From: Hydrogenothermaceae bacterium
GTDB lineage: Bacteria > Aquificota > Aquificia > Aquificales > Hydrogenothermaceae
Length of the DNA stretch: 36,199 bases
Direction: 5' to 3'
Assembly: GCA_037478615.1 (NCBI GenBank)
Contig: JBBFMH010000001.1
Coordinates: 1-36,199 of the forward strand
The translations under genes were made by a program, and so were the position numbers. Below, one piece after another: positions 16,406 to 25,716 of this stretch (within the stretch, counting starts at the first letter, position 1; each line of letters starts with the position of its first letter). The notes beneath the pieces were generated by a model. It ran no database searches. It was not told the origin of the DNA and worked only from the letters and a program-made list of their open reading frames with translations.

Positions 16406-19330
16406 TTATCTTCTTAGCAAATCTAATATAGAAAGGACTTTTTCTCTTTTTTCTGTTAACTCTTGGTAAAGCTGTCTTTCTTTCTCTACTACATTAGGAG
16501 GAGCCTTTTCTACAAAAGATGGGTTATTTAGCTTGTTTTCAGCAATTTTTAAAGACTTTTCTATATCTGCAAGTATCTTCTGTTGTCTTTCTATCTCTTT
16601 CTCTATATCTATAACCCCTTCTATATCTATAAAACCTTCTCCTATATCTGATATAACGGCCACTTCTGTATCTTTCTTAGGTGTATCTGATAACTCTAAA
16701 CTTTCCGCTTTTACAAGATTTGAAATCTGCTGTTTTAGAGATGTTAATAACTTTTCTGTTTCCTTATCTGATGGTTTTATCCTGATTTTTAACTTTCTGG
16801 TTGGCTCTATGTTAAAGTCTGATCTTACAGCTCTTATCTTTGATATCAAATTTTTAAGGTCTTCAATAAATCTCTCTTCTTTTTCAAATATTAAATTGTC
16901 ATCTAACTCCGGATATTTTGAGATTGCTAAAAATTCTTTATCCTTTGTAGGGATATGGTTATATATCTCTTCTGTTATAAAAGGCATTATAGGATGGAGT
17001 AGTTTCATTGAGTTTTCAAGAACATAGATTAACACAGTAAGAGCTGTATCTTTCTCTTCCTGAGACCCTTTGTAGATTCTCTCTTTTGTAAACTCTATAT
17101 ACCAATCACAGTAATCATGCCAGAAAAAGTCATACAACGTAGATGCATACTCATTGTATCTATAAGACTCTAACTCGGAAGATGATTTTGCAACTGTTTT
17201 TTGTAATTTTGACAGTATCCATCTGTCTTCAACTGACAACTTTAATTTTTGTAAATCGAATCTGTAATCTTTATTTTCCTCAATGTTTGATAGGACAAAT
17301 TTTGATGCATTGAATATCTTATTTGAGAAATGTTTATAACCTTCTATCCTCTTTTCAGATAGTCTTATATCTCTACCTTGAGCTGCCAAGGCTGTCAGTG
17401 TAAATCTCAGAGCATCTGAACCGTATTTTTCAGCCATCTCTAATGGGTCTATCACATTACCCTTTGTCTTTGACATCTTCTCACCTCTTTCATCTCTGAC
17501 AAGGGCATGGATATAAACATCTCTAAAAGGTTCTTTTTCCATAAACTTCATACCCATCATTATCATACGGGCAACCCAGAAAAAGATAATATCAAATCCT
17601 GTTACAAGTAAAGATGTTGGGTAAAATCTCTGTAAATCTTTTGAGTTTTGTGGCCAGCCAAGGGTTCCAAATGGCCATAAAGCTGAGGAAAACCATGTGT
17701 CAAGAACATCTTCATCCTGTTTTAAGTTTCTACTTTTACATTTTTCACACTCTAAAACTATCTCGTATCTCTCTGGATAGATCTGTTTTACATACTTTGA
17801 GTTTTCAAGGGCTTCTATAAGAGAATTCTTATCTTTTAACTGTGGAATCCCCTTACCAAAAACCACCTTTTCGTAAAATTCAAGGTTTGTTTTATCTTCC
17901 TGTGTAAAGTTTTGACTTTTAAGTAGATCTAAAATCTCATCAACACAGAAAACTTTTCCTATCTTACTATCTGCATAAAGGTTAAATATAACCTTCTCAA
18001 AATCTTCCTCAAATATATCATCGTTAAAGGCATTAGCGTGTCCACAGTCAGAACAATACCAAACCGGTATCCTGTGTCCCCACCATATCTGCCTTGATAT
18101 ACACCACTCCCTTATGTTATACATCCAGTTAAGGTATGTTTTCTGCCAGTTTTCCGGAACAAATCTAATCTGACCTTTCTCCACAACCTCAATGGCTTTG
18201 TCTGCCAACTTTTTCGTATCAACAAACCACTGGGTAGATAGATAAGGTTCTATCACTTCTTTTGACCTTTGAGAGTGTCCTACGTTGTGGATATGTTCTT
18301 CCACTTTTTCAAGAAGTTTCAACTCTTTTAATCCTTCTACGATTCTTTTCCTTGCATCGTATCTGTATAGACCTTCAAACTCTCCGGCATTTTTATTCAT
18401 AACTGCAGACTCATCCATAACAACTACCATAGGTAGATTGTGTCTCTTTCCTACTTCAAAGTCGTTAGGGTCATGAGCCGGTGTTATCTTAACTGCCCCT
18501 GTTCCAAAAGCCGGATCAACATACTCATCTGCTATTATAGGAATAAGGTTTGAAACTTCTCTACCATTGATGTCGTATCTCTTCTCCGGTGCCAAAGGTA
18601 AAACCACAAACTTACCTATCAGGTGTTTATATCTCTCATCTTCCGGATTAACTGCAACAGCTGTATCCCCAAGCATCGTTTCCGGTCTTGTTGTTGCAAC
18701 TGTTATATACTCATCACTGTTTTTTATAGGGTATCTTACATACCATATATTTCCTTTCTTCTCTTCATACTCCACTTCAAGGTCAGAGATAGCTGTTCTC
18801 TCTTTCGGATCCCAGTTTACTATATATGGAGCCTTAAATATGAGACCTTCCTTGTATAACTTTACAAAAGCCTCCCTCACAGCCCTTGAAAATCCTTCAT
18901 CAAGTGTAAATCTCTGGCGAGACCAATCACAGGAAGCTCCAAGTCTTACAAGCTGATTTTTTATTGAATTTCTTGACTGCGGAACCCACTCCCAAACCTT
19001 CTGAATAAACTTCTCTCTTCCAAGGTCAAATCTACTTATACCTTTCTCTGATAACTGACGGACTACTACCCACTGAGTAGCTATACCTGCATGATCAAAT
19101 CCAGGAAGCCATAGCACATTATAACCTTTCATTCTTTTATATCTAACTATTATGTCTTGTAATGTCATATTGAGAGAGTGTCCTATATGTAAGCTTCCCG
19201 TAACATTTGGAGGGGGTATCACAACAGAGAAATACTCCCCATCTTTTTCTTTTGGACTAAAAATAGCCGTTTTTAAATACTCTTTACTCCATTTTTCTTC
19301 TATCTCTATGTGGTTATACTCTTTTAACAT
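16406..19330 (-). CDS. valS: valine--tRNA ligase
   Basis: PPPNVTGSLHIGH (HIGH motif), TRPETMLGDTAVAV, KMSKTKGN (KMSKS motif), and a C-terminal coiled coil. 974 aa. It lies 3 nt downstream of argG. Confidence 0.95.
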   Translation of the reverse strand: MLKEYNHIEIEEKWSKEYLKTAIFSPKEKDGEYFSVVIPPPNVTGSLHIGHSLNMTLQDIIVRYKRMKGYNVLWLPGFDHAGIATQWVVVRQLSEKGISRFDLGREKFIQKVWEWVPQSRNSIKNQLVRLGASCDWSRQRFTLDEGFSRAVREAFVKLYKEGLIFKAPYIVNWDPKERTAISDLEVEYEEKKGNIWYVRYPIKNSDEYITVATTRPETMLGDTAVAVNPEDERYKHLIGKFVVLPLAPEKRYDINGREVSNLIPIIADEYVDPAFGTGAVKITPAHDPNDFEVGKRHNLPMVVVMDESAVMNKNAGEFEGLYRYDARKRIVEGLKELKLLEKVEEHIHNVGHSQRSKEVIEPYLSTQWFVDTKKLADKAIEVVEKGQIRFVPENWQKTYLNWMYNIREWCISRQIWWGHRIPVWYCSDCGHANAFNDDIFEEDFEKVIFNLYADSKIGKVFCVDEILDLLKSQNFTQEDKTNLEFYEKVVFGKGIPQLKDKNSLIEALENSKYVKQIYPERYEIVLECEKCKSRNLKQDEDVLDTWFSSALWPFGTLGWPQNSKDLQRFYPTSLLVTGFDIIFFWVARMIMMGMKFMEKEPFRDVYIHALVRDERGEKMSKTKGNVIDPLEMAEKYGSDALRFTLTALAAQGRDIRLSEKRIEGYKHFSNKIFNASKFVLSNIEENKDYRFDLQKLKLSVEDRWILSKLQKTVAKSSSELESYRYNEYASTLYDFFWHDYCDWYIEFTKERIYKGSQEEKDTALTVLIYVLENSMKLLHPIMPFITEEIYNHIPTKDKEFLAISKYPELDDNLIFEKEERFIEDLKNLISKIRAVRSDFNIEPTRKLKIRIKPSDKETEKLLTSLKQQISNLVKAESLELSDTPKKDTEVAVISDIGEGFIDIEGVIDIEKEIERQQKILADIEKSLKIAENKLNNPSFVEKAPPNVVEKERQLYQELTEKREKVLSILDLLRR

Positions 19331-19333
19331 CTC

Positions 19334-20533
19334 TTACCTCTTGTTTGATCTTGCAAACACTTTAAGAGGTAGAGCCCAAACTTTTGTAAAGGCTCCTCCT
19401 GCTTTATGATCAAAAGAGTCTTTTGGTGAGTATGTAGCAAGGTCTTCACTGTATAGAGAGTTTGGAGATTTTCTTCCAACTATACTGAATTTACCTTTAA
19501 ATAACTTAACTTTCACTGTTCCATTTACCACTTTTGCTATCTCATTGTTAAATGCATCCATAGACTCCCTTAGTTTTGAAAACCAGAGTCCCTCATAAAC
19601 CAGTTTCGCATAGGGATGTGATATGTGGTCTTTTTTGTAATGATATGTAAATCTGTCTAAAACTATACTCTCTATCTCATCATAGGCTGATATAAGGATA
19701 AGTCCTGCCGGAGATTCATACACTTCCCTGGTTTTGATGCCAACCAATCTGTTTTCCACCATATCTATTCTACCAACTCCGTGTCTTCCGGCTATCTCAT
19801 TTAGATCCCAGATAAGTTGCCAAAGCTGGCTGTACTCTTTTCCGTTAAGTTTTACAGGTGTTCCCTCTTTAAACTCTATCTCTATATACTCCGGAGTATC
19901 CGGTGCTTTATCTGGAGATACAGTTATCTCAAAAGCATCTTCCGGTGGCTCCGTCCATGGGTCTTCTAATGGACCTGCCTCTATTGCAACACCCCACAGA
20001 TTTCTATCGTAAGAGTAAGGTTTTTCTTTGGTAGCCTTTACAGGGATACCATGTTTTACTGCATAATCAATCTCCTCTTCCCTTGATTTAAACTCCCACT
20101 CTCTAACTGGTGCCAAAACCTCTATATCAGGATCCAAAGCCCAAACTGAAGCTTCAAACCTTACCTGGTCATTTCCTTTTCCTGTAGAGCCGTGTGCTAC
20201 ATAGTGAGCTCCTTCCCTATGGGCTACCTCAACAAGTTTTTTTGCTATAAGAGGTCTTGATAAGGAAGATAAAAGTGTGTATTTTCCTTCGTAAAGAGCT
20301 GTTGCCCTCATCAAAGGAGTACAGTATTCTCTGGCAAACTCTTCCTTTATATCATCTATGATGGCTTTAACGGCTCCAGCTTTCTTTGCCTTTTCTTCAA
20401 TCTCACCTAACTCCTCTCCCTGACCTACATCCGCCGTATAGGTTATAACTTCAAACCCCCTATCAGTCAACCATCTTACTATAACAGATGTGTCAAGTCC
20501 ACCTGAGTATGCAAGAACAACTCTCTTCTTCAT
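19334..20533 (-). CDS. argG: argininosuccinate synthase
   Basis: AYSGGLDTS and GSTGKGNDQVRFE. GGAGG lies before the ATG. Confidence 0.95.
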   Translation of the reverse strand: MKKRVVLAYSGGLDTSVIVRWLTDRGFEVITYTADVGQGEELGEIEEKAKKAGAVKAIIDDIKEEFAREYCTPLMRATALYEGKYTLLSSLSRPLIAKKLVEVAHREGAHYVAHGSTGKGNDQVRFEASVWALDPDIEVLAPVREWEFKSREEEIDYAVKHGIPVKATKEKPYSYDRNLWGVAIEAGPLEDPWTEPPEDAFEITVSPDKAPDTPEYIEIEFKEGTPVKLNGKEYSQLWQLIWDLNEIAGRHGVGRIDMVENRLVGIKTREVYESPAGLILISAYDEIESIVLDRFTYHYKKDHISHPYAKLVYEGLWFSKLRESMDAFNNEIAKVVNGTVKVKLFKGKFSIVGRKSPNSLYSEDLATYSPKDSFDHKAGGAFTKVWALPLKVFARSNKR

Positions 20534-20680
20534 AATACCTCCGGTAAAAATTATAAAATTTTCAAAAAAATATTATAGCTTGAATTGACGGTAGAGTTTT
20601 TTAGAAATTACAGTTTTGTCAAATTTGCAAAAATAAAACAGACAACCTCTGAAACTTCTGATTTTAGGTTAAAATATCTT

Positions 20681-20696
20681 TGGCATAAATATTGCT
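20681..20696 (+). promoter_or_regulatory. sigma54-type (-24/-12) promoter candidate upstream of lpxC
   Basis: TGGCAT-AAATA-TTGCT matches the TGGCAC-N5-TTGCW consensus with exact spacing. It ends 35 nt before the lpxC ATG, with AAGGAG as the RBS in between. Confidence 0.45.
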
Positions 20697-20730
20697 TGCT
20701 AAAATTTAACCTTTTTTAAAGGAGATTGAA

Positions 20731-21630
20731 ATGATATGTCAATTTCAAAGAACCATAAAGAATCCGATTAAGATAGAAGGAGTTGGATTACACTCCGGCG
20801 AAAATACAACTTTATATCTGATACCGGCAAAAGAAAATGAAGGAATAAGATTTATAAAAGATGGAGTTGTTACACCTGCTCACATAGATAACGCCCACAG
20901 TTTTGAATACTCAACTACACTCTATAAAGAAGGCAAAACCATCAGAACAGTTGAGCATCTAATGGCTGCTCTCTACTTTACCGGAATAGACAACTTAACA
21001 ATTGAAATAACAGAAGGAGAAGAGTTGCCTATACTTGATGGTAGTAGTAAAGTTTTTGTGGAAAAGATAAAAGAAGCCAGTATAGTTTCCCTTTCCCAAG
21101 AAAAAATATATGCAGTGATAGAAGAGCCAATAGAGATATTCCAGGAAGACAAATTTATAAAAGCAACCCCTTCAAACAGATTTAAAGCTGTTTATCAAGC
21201 TAACTACAATAACAGTATTATAGGAAATAAGAAATTTGAGTATATTCCAGAAAATATAGACTCTTTCAAGGGTATATACACAGCAAGAACTTACTGCTTT
21301 TTAGAAGAAGTGGAGTACCTCAGAAGCAAAGGACTTGCAAAAGGTGGTTCCTTAGAAAATGCCGTAGTTTTTGACAAAGATAAAGTTTTAAATGAAGAAG
21401 GTTTAAGATTTGAAGATGAACCTATAAGACACAAAACATTGGATTTAATAGGAGACCTGTATCTATTGGGGTATCCTATCATAGGAGAGATTTTCTCATT
21501 TAAAGGTGGCCATAGATTAAACGGGGAGTTCGTAAAAGCCCTTATCTCCCAAGGTGCCTACTCTTTAAAACAGGCATCGGAAGTTATGGAGATTATGAAC
21601 TTTGACTGTTTTTATGATAAAGTTTATTGA
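20731..21630 (+). CDS. lpxC: UDP-3-O-acyl-N-acetylglucosamine deacetylase
   Basis: GVGLHSG, TVEHLMAAL, HKTLDLIGDL and a GGH motif. Confidence 0.92.
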   Translation: MICQFQRTIKNPIKIEGVGLHSGENTTLYLIPAKENEGIRFIKDGVVTPAHIDNAHSFEYSTTLYKEGKTIRTVEHLMAALYFTGIDNLTIEITEGEELPILDGSSKVFVEKIKEASIVSLSQEKIYAVIEEPIEIFQEDKFIKATPSNRFKAVYQANYNNSIIGNKKFEYIPENIDSFKGIYTARTYCFLEEVEYLRSKGLAKGGSLENAVVFDKDKVLNEEGLRFEDEPIRHKTLDLIGDLYLLGYPIIGEIFSFKGGHRLNGEFVKALISQGAYSLKQASEVMEIMNFDCFYDKVY

Positions 21631-21684
21631 TGTTTTGAATATTTTTAATAATATTTAGGATAACTACTTAAATTGGAGTTTAGA

Positions 21685-22170
21685 ATGATGAATTTTATAT
21701 TTGCTGTAATACTTTCTATATCTTCCATTGTTATTGCCTCAGATTTGGTTGGAGATAGATTTAAGGATTTTTACGGTAAGGATGAATCTGGAAAGATACT
21801 GAAGTTGTCAGATATAGCCGGAAATGGAAAACCTGTTGTCGTGGTGTTTTGGGCTATAGGTGATGTGGATACATATAAAGTTTTACCTCAGATAAATAGA
21901 CTGTATGATAAATATAAAGACAAGGTTGTTTTTGTAGCACCTTTACTAAGTAAATCTGATGAGAAAGAGGTTAAAGAAGCTAAGAAAATGATTCCTCTAA
22001 AATTGCCTGTATGGCTTGCTGGGACAGATTCAATAAAGGCTTACAGTATAGAAAAAGTAGATGTTCCCTATATAGTCTTTATATCCAAAGATGGCAAAGT
22101 TTTCAATATACTGAAAACAGCAAAAGATTTAAATCAGATAGAGAAAAATATCAAAGAGATTATAAAGTAA
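21685..22170 (+). CDS. exported TlpA/redoxin-like thioredoxin-fold protein lacking the CXXC motif
   Basis: Signal or anchor peptide MMNFIFAVILSISSIVIAS. The region where FWATWCPPC is expected reads VVVVFWAIGDVDTYK, followed by YKDKVVFV. The ORF track starts at TTG 21673; ATG 21685 follows GGAG. Confidence 0.6.
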   Translation: MMNFIFAVILSISSIVIASDLVGDRFKDFYGKDESGKILKLSDIAGNGKPVVVVFWAIGDVDTYKVLPQINRLYDKYKDKVVFVAPLLSKSDEKEVKEAKKMIPLKLPVWLAGTDSIKAYSIEKVDVPYIVFISKDGKVFNILKTAKDLNQIEKNIKEIIK

Positions 22171-22190
22171 TAAACATTACATTGCTGTTT

Positions 22191-22808
22191 TTATGAAAAT
22201 AGTTTAACCAGTCTTTCCTTAAGTTTTGAGAAAGCTTTACCTCTATGACTTATCTTATTCTTTTCCTCTACTGTTAGCTGTGCCATTGTTTTATCAAAAC
22301 CTAATGGCTTAAAAATAGGATCATATCCAAAACCCATATTACCTATAGGTTTATCCACTATCTCTCCTTCACAAACACCTTCGGAGAATATTCCAAATCC
22401 TTCAGGAGAGTAAAATAAAACCACACTAACATACCTTGCGGATCTGTTTTTTTCATTTTCCATAAGCTTTAAAACTTTTTGGATATTCTTTTCATCCTTA
22501 CTTAATCCTTCTATATCAAACTTTCCACCAAACTCTATACCGTAAAATCTTGCTGAGTACACACCAGGATAACCATTTAAAGCATCTATTACAAGACCAC
22601 TGTCTTCAGCTATAACGGGCATACTGTAGTATAGGGCATACTCTTTTGCTTTCTTAATTGCATTTTCCAGAAAAGTCTGTCTGTCTTCCTCCACTTCTAT
22701 CTTATCTTCCAAATCTTTTAAAGATAAAATCTCTATGTCTAATCCTTCAAATAGTTTTCTTAACTCTCTTATCTTTCCATCATTTGTTGTTGCCAGTAGG
22801 AGCTGCAT
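22191..22808 (-). CDS. rdgB: non-canonical purine NTP pyrophosphatase (RdgB/HAM1)
   Basis: [32 protein letters not shown] and SHRG. Confidence 0.9.
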   Translation of the reverse strand: MQLLLATTNDGKIRELRKLFEGLDIEILSLKDLEDKIEVEEDRQTFLENAIKKAKEYALYYSMPVIAEDSGLVIDALNGYPGVYSARFYGIEFGGKFDIEGLSKDEKNIQKVLKLMENEKNRSARYVSVVLFYSPEGFGIFSEGVCEGEIVDKPIGNMGFGYDPIFKPLGFDKTMAQLTVEEKNKISHRGKAFSKLKERLVKLFS

Positions 22809-23097
22809 TTTTACTTTCCTCTTTTTTTAATTCAGTTGGACATACAACAGCCATAAACTCATCTTTCGACATCTTCTTTATTCCAGCTTTTTTATTTTCA
22901 CAGGAACTTTTACATATAGAAGCCAATTTTTTATTACTTTTTAATCCGACAGATGTTATAAGAGAATCCATAGCATTGTATCCTTCATCACAGTTGTTTA
23001 TCTCATAACAGCTGTCATATACATTAAACATGCCTTCACAGGTTTGAGAGAAACTATACCCGTATAATAACATTAACATCAAAAATATTCTCTTCAT
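22780..23097 (-). CDS. small secreted cysteine-rich hypothetical protein
   Basis: Signal peptide [18 protein letters not shown], then seven Cys in the mature part and a K-rich tail. Overlaps ruvC by 4 nt and rdgB by 29 nt. Confidence 0.45.
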   Translation of the reverse strand: MKRIFLMLMLLYGYSFSQTCEGMFNVYDSCYEINNCDEGYNAMDSLITSVGLKSNKKLASICKSSCENKKAGIKKMSKDEFMAVVCPTELKKEESKNAAPTGNNK

Positions 23098-23552
23098 ATC
23101 TTAACCTGCATAGTGTATGTATGTAGTATAGCGACAGCATCGGCTATATCATAGCTGTCTAAATTCAGTTTATATAAACTGTTTACCATATCAAGAACTT
23201 CTTCTTTTGATGATCTTCCATATCCGGTTATACATATTTTAACCTCTGCCGGTGTAAACTCTTCTACCTCTATATTAAATGTTTGACAGGCAAGTAGTAT
23301 AACGCCTCTAACTTCTCCCAGTTTTATAAGTGTCTGAGCGTTTACACTGTAAAAAGGTGTTTCTAATAAAACTTTGTCAGGTTTTAGATTCTCTAAAAGT
23401 CTATTCAGCTCTTTGTATAAATAAAGGAGAGGTTCTCTCTTCCTTTTTAAATCTAATATACCAGTTTCAAATATAGACAATCTATCATCTTCAAGGTCAG
23501 CAACTGCATATCCGGTTTTACTACTTGATGGGTCAAAAGATAAAAGTCTCAT
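23094..23552 (-). CDS. ruvC: crossover junction endodeoxyribonuclease RuvC
   Basis: SFDPSSSKTGYAV (first catalytic Asp), LETPF (Glu), and DIADAVAILHT (C-terminal Asp). Confidence 0.88.
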   Translation of the reverse strand: MRLLSFDPSSSKTGYAVADLEDDRLSIFETGILDLKRKREPLLYLYKELNRLLENLKPDKVLLETPFYSVNAQTLIKLGEVRGVILLACQTFNIEVEEFTPAEVKICITGYGRSSKEEVLDMVNSLYKLNLDSYDIADAVAILHTYTMQVKI

Positions 23553-24307
23553 TAACCTTCAACTTTCTCAAGTATGTTTTCCGGAATATCAAAGTTTGCA
23601 TAAACCTTCTGAACATCATCATTATCTTCAAGAGCATCAAGAAGTTTCATAAGTTTAGTAGCTGTCTCTTCATTTGTTATCTGGACAGTGGTTGTAGGAA
23701 TTTTTGTGATTTCCGCTTTTGATATTGGTACACCCATCTTTTCAAGGTTTTCCTTAACGGTGTATAGATCAGATGGTGCTGTTCTTATCTCATAGTAATC
23801 CTGATCTTCAGTTATCACATCTTCTGCTCCAGCTTCTATTGCCTTTTCAAATATCTCTTCTTCCGATATAGCAGATTTTTCAACATTCACAATACCTTTA
23901 TCCTCAAAAAGGAAAGATACACAGCCTGATGTTCCGAGGTTACCACCGTATTTTGAGAATATATGTCTCACTTCCGCTGTTGTTCTATTTCTGTTATCTG
24001 TCATAGCTTCTACTATGATAGCAACTCCTTCTGGACCGTACCCTTCATACTGAACTTCCTCGTAGTTTACACCTTCTAACTCTCCGGTTCCTCTCTTTAT
24101 AGCTCTCTCTATATTTTCTGAAGGCATATTAACTTCCCTTGCCCTTTCTATAGCCATTCTCAATCTTGGGTTCGCTTCCGGATCTCCACCACCAAGTCTT
24201 GCCGCAACAGTTATCTCTCTTATTATCTTTGTAAATATCTTTCCTCTTTGAGCATCAGCTTTAGCTTTCTTATTTTTAATATTATGCCATCTACTATGTC
24301 CAGCCAT
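23552..24307 (-). CDS. yebC: YebC/PmpR-family DNA-binding regulator
   Basis: Family-typical N-terminus [25 protein letters not shown]. 251 aa. Confidence 0.92.
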   Translation of the reverse strand: MAGHSRWHNIKNKKAKADAQRGKIFTKIIREITVAARLGGGDPEANPRLRMAIERAREVNMPSENIERAIKRGTGELEGVNYEEVQYEGYGPEGVAIIVEAMTDNRNRTTAEVRHIFSKYGGNLGTSGCVSFLFEDKGIVNVEKSAISEEEIFEKAIEAGAEDVITEDQDYYEIRTAPSDLYTVKENLEKMGVPISKAEITKIPTTTVQITNEETATKLMKLLDALEDNDDVQKVYANFDIPENILEKVEG

Positions 24308-24355
24308 AAAAACCTCCGTAAATATTGGATTATCTATAATTTTACCATAAAGCCC

Positions 24356-24384
24356 TTGATTTTTTCAGATTACCTTTATATAAT
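24356..24384 (+). promoter_or_regulatory. sigma70-type promoter for tRNA-Gly
   Basis: TTGATT (24356-24361), a counted 17-nt spacer, then TATAAT (24379-24384). The -10 box ends 15 nt before the tRNA 5' end. Confidence 0.55.
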
Positions 24385-24399
24385 ATTTATCCTGAATAT

Positions 24400-24472
24400 G
24401 CGAGAGTAGCTCAGTTGGTAGAGCACAACCTTGCCAAGGTTGGGGCCGCGGGTTCGAGTCCCGTCTCTCGCT
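24400..24472 (+). tRNA. tRNA-Gly (anticodon GCC), CCA not encoded
   Basis: Cloverleaf folded by hand. Acceptor stem GCGAGAG/CTCTCGC with discriminator T. D arm GCTC-AGTTGGTA-GAGC. Anticodon stem CAACC/GGTTG with loop TTGCCAA. T arm GCGGG-TTCGAGT-CCCGT. Confidence 0.93.
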
Positions 24473-24474
24473 CT

Positions 24475-25716
24475 CTATCTTTTACTTATCATAACTTCCA
24501 TAGTCCTTCTCTTCTCCACTTTGAGAACTTGGAAATCATAACCATCTATCGTTACAGTTTCTCCTCTTCTTGGCATTCTACCAAGTATATAAACTATCAT
24601 TCCATTTACAGTTTCAAATGGACCTTCTGGAAGTTTTATATCAAGTATAGATTCTATCTCTTTTATCTCCATTCTTCCATCAACTATAAACTTATCTAAT
24701 GTCTGTATCTTTATCATCTGTCTCTCTTTTTTTGTAAAGTCATCTCTGATCTGCCCTACTATCTCTTCCAACACATCTCTAAGTGTTATTATTCCCATTG
24801 TAGATCCTCTTTCATCAACAACAACAGCAATATGGTCTTTGTATGTTTTAAATCCTTTCAACACGTTAGGCAAACTTGTAAACTCAGGGATATATCTAAT
24901 TCCTTTCATATACATAGTTATAGGTTCATCTATCTCCGCATTTATCAGATCGTAAGCCCTCACAAATCCAACTATCTGGTCAACTCTCTTTCTATAAACT
25001 GGAAGTCTTGAAAATCCTGTCTCTTTGAAAACTGGAATAATATCACACACTTTTTTATCATCAGAAACAGCAACTACTTCTGATAAAGGTAAAACGATCT
25101 CAGATATCCTTCTTTCATTAAATATCAGAATATTTGAAATAATTCTCTTTTCCAGCTCATCTAAATCTTCTATATTTTCTGAAGCTAAGAGATGGAGTAT
25201 CTCTTCTCTTGTGTATAAATTCTCAGATGCCGGTTTTATTCTAAATAGGAAAAACACTATCTTATTTACAATGTTTGAAAAGATTAAAATTGGGTAAAAA
25301 ACTTTTCTAAAAAATTCCAAAAATGGGACTACGTAGATGATAAGTTTATCAGCGTAATGTTGAAATATACTTTTTGGTATTATCTCTCCAAAGAGAAGTG
25401 TCAGAATAACCAAACTTTCAGCAAAAACCTCCTCTTTTCCTCTCATAAGAGGAATAAAGTAAGAAAGTTCATGTAAAAGGGTTACATAGGTGGCCGTAGC
25501 TATAACTATACTTAAAATAGTACCTATTAATCCCACAGATATATATTCAGAGTAATGTTTTTGAAGTAATGTGTATGTTTTTACTGCTCTTTTGTCACCT
25601 TTTTTCGCAATATATTTTAGTTTTGATCTGTTTGTAGAGAAAAGAGCAATCTCAGAGCCGGAAAAAAGTCCCTCCATAAATATAAAAAACAGTATAGTTA
25701 TTATATAACTTATCAA
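24475..25716 (-). CDS. CNNM/CorC-family (DUF21-CBS pair-CorC_HlyC) membrane protein, paralog 2
   Basis: N-terminal 4-TM DUF21 region, a CBS pair, and a C-terminal TVNGMIVYILGRMPRRGETV ... FQVLKVEKRR module. Confidence 0.85.
   Translation of the reverse strand: MISYIITILFFIFMEGLFSGSEIALFSTNRSKLKYIAKKGDKRAVKTYTLLQKHYSEYISVGLIGTILSIVIATATYVTLLHELSYFIPLMRGKEEVFAESLVILTLLFGEIIPKSIFQHYADKLIIYVVPFLEFFRKVFYPILIFSNIVNKIVFFLFRIKPASENLYTREEILHLLASENIEDLDELEKRIISNILIFNERRISEIVLPLSEVVAVSDDKKVCDIIPVFKETGFSRLPVYRKRVDQIVGFVRAYDLINAEIDEPITMYMKGIRYIPEFTSLPNVLKGFKTYKDHIAVVVDERGSTMGIITLRDVLEEIVGQIRDDFTKKERQMIKIQTLDKFIVDGRMEIKEIESILDIKLPEGPFETVNGMIVYILGRMPRRGETVTIDGYDFQVLKVEKRRTMEVMISKR

Noticed and set aside
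16533-17027. 164-aa plus-strand ORF, with similar ones at 17614-17820, 18285-18476, 18567-18956 and 18623-18859.
   Set aside because: All lie antisense inside the well-supported valS gene. Their translations are low-complexity S/F/I/L-rich strings typical of the reverse frame of K/E-rich genes. None has an RBS or a recognisable motif.
19331-19333. T-box or other leader regulation of valS.
   Set aside because: valS starts 3 nt after the argG stop codon. There is no space for a leader, so the genes are simply co-transcribed.
24308-24480. tRNA-Gly as an integration site for a genomic island or prophage.
   Set aside because: No integrase, direct repeat of the tRNA 3' end, or foreign-looking genes flank it. 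The neighbours are yebC-ruvC and the CNNM/CorC genes.
24415-24699. 94-aa plus-strand ORF starting inside the tRNA-Gly.
   Set aside because: Its 5' part is the tRNA gene itself. The remainder is antisense to the CNNM/CorC gene.
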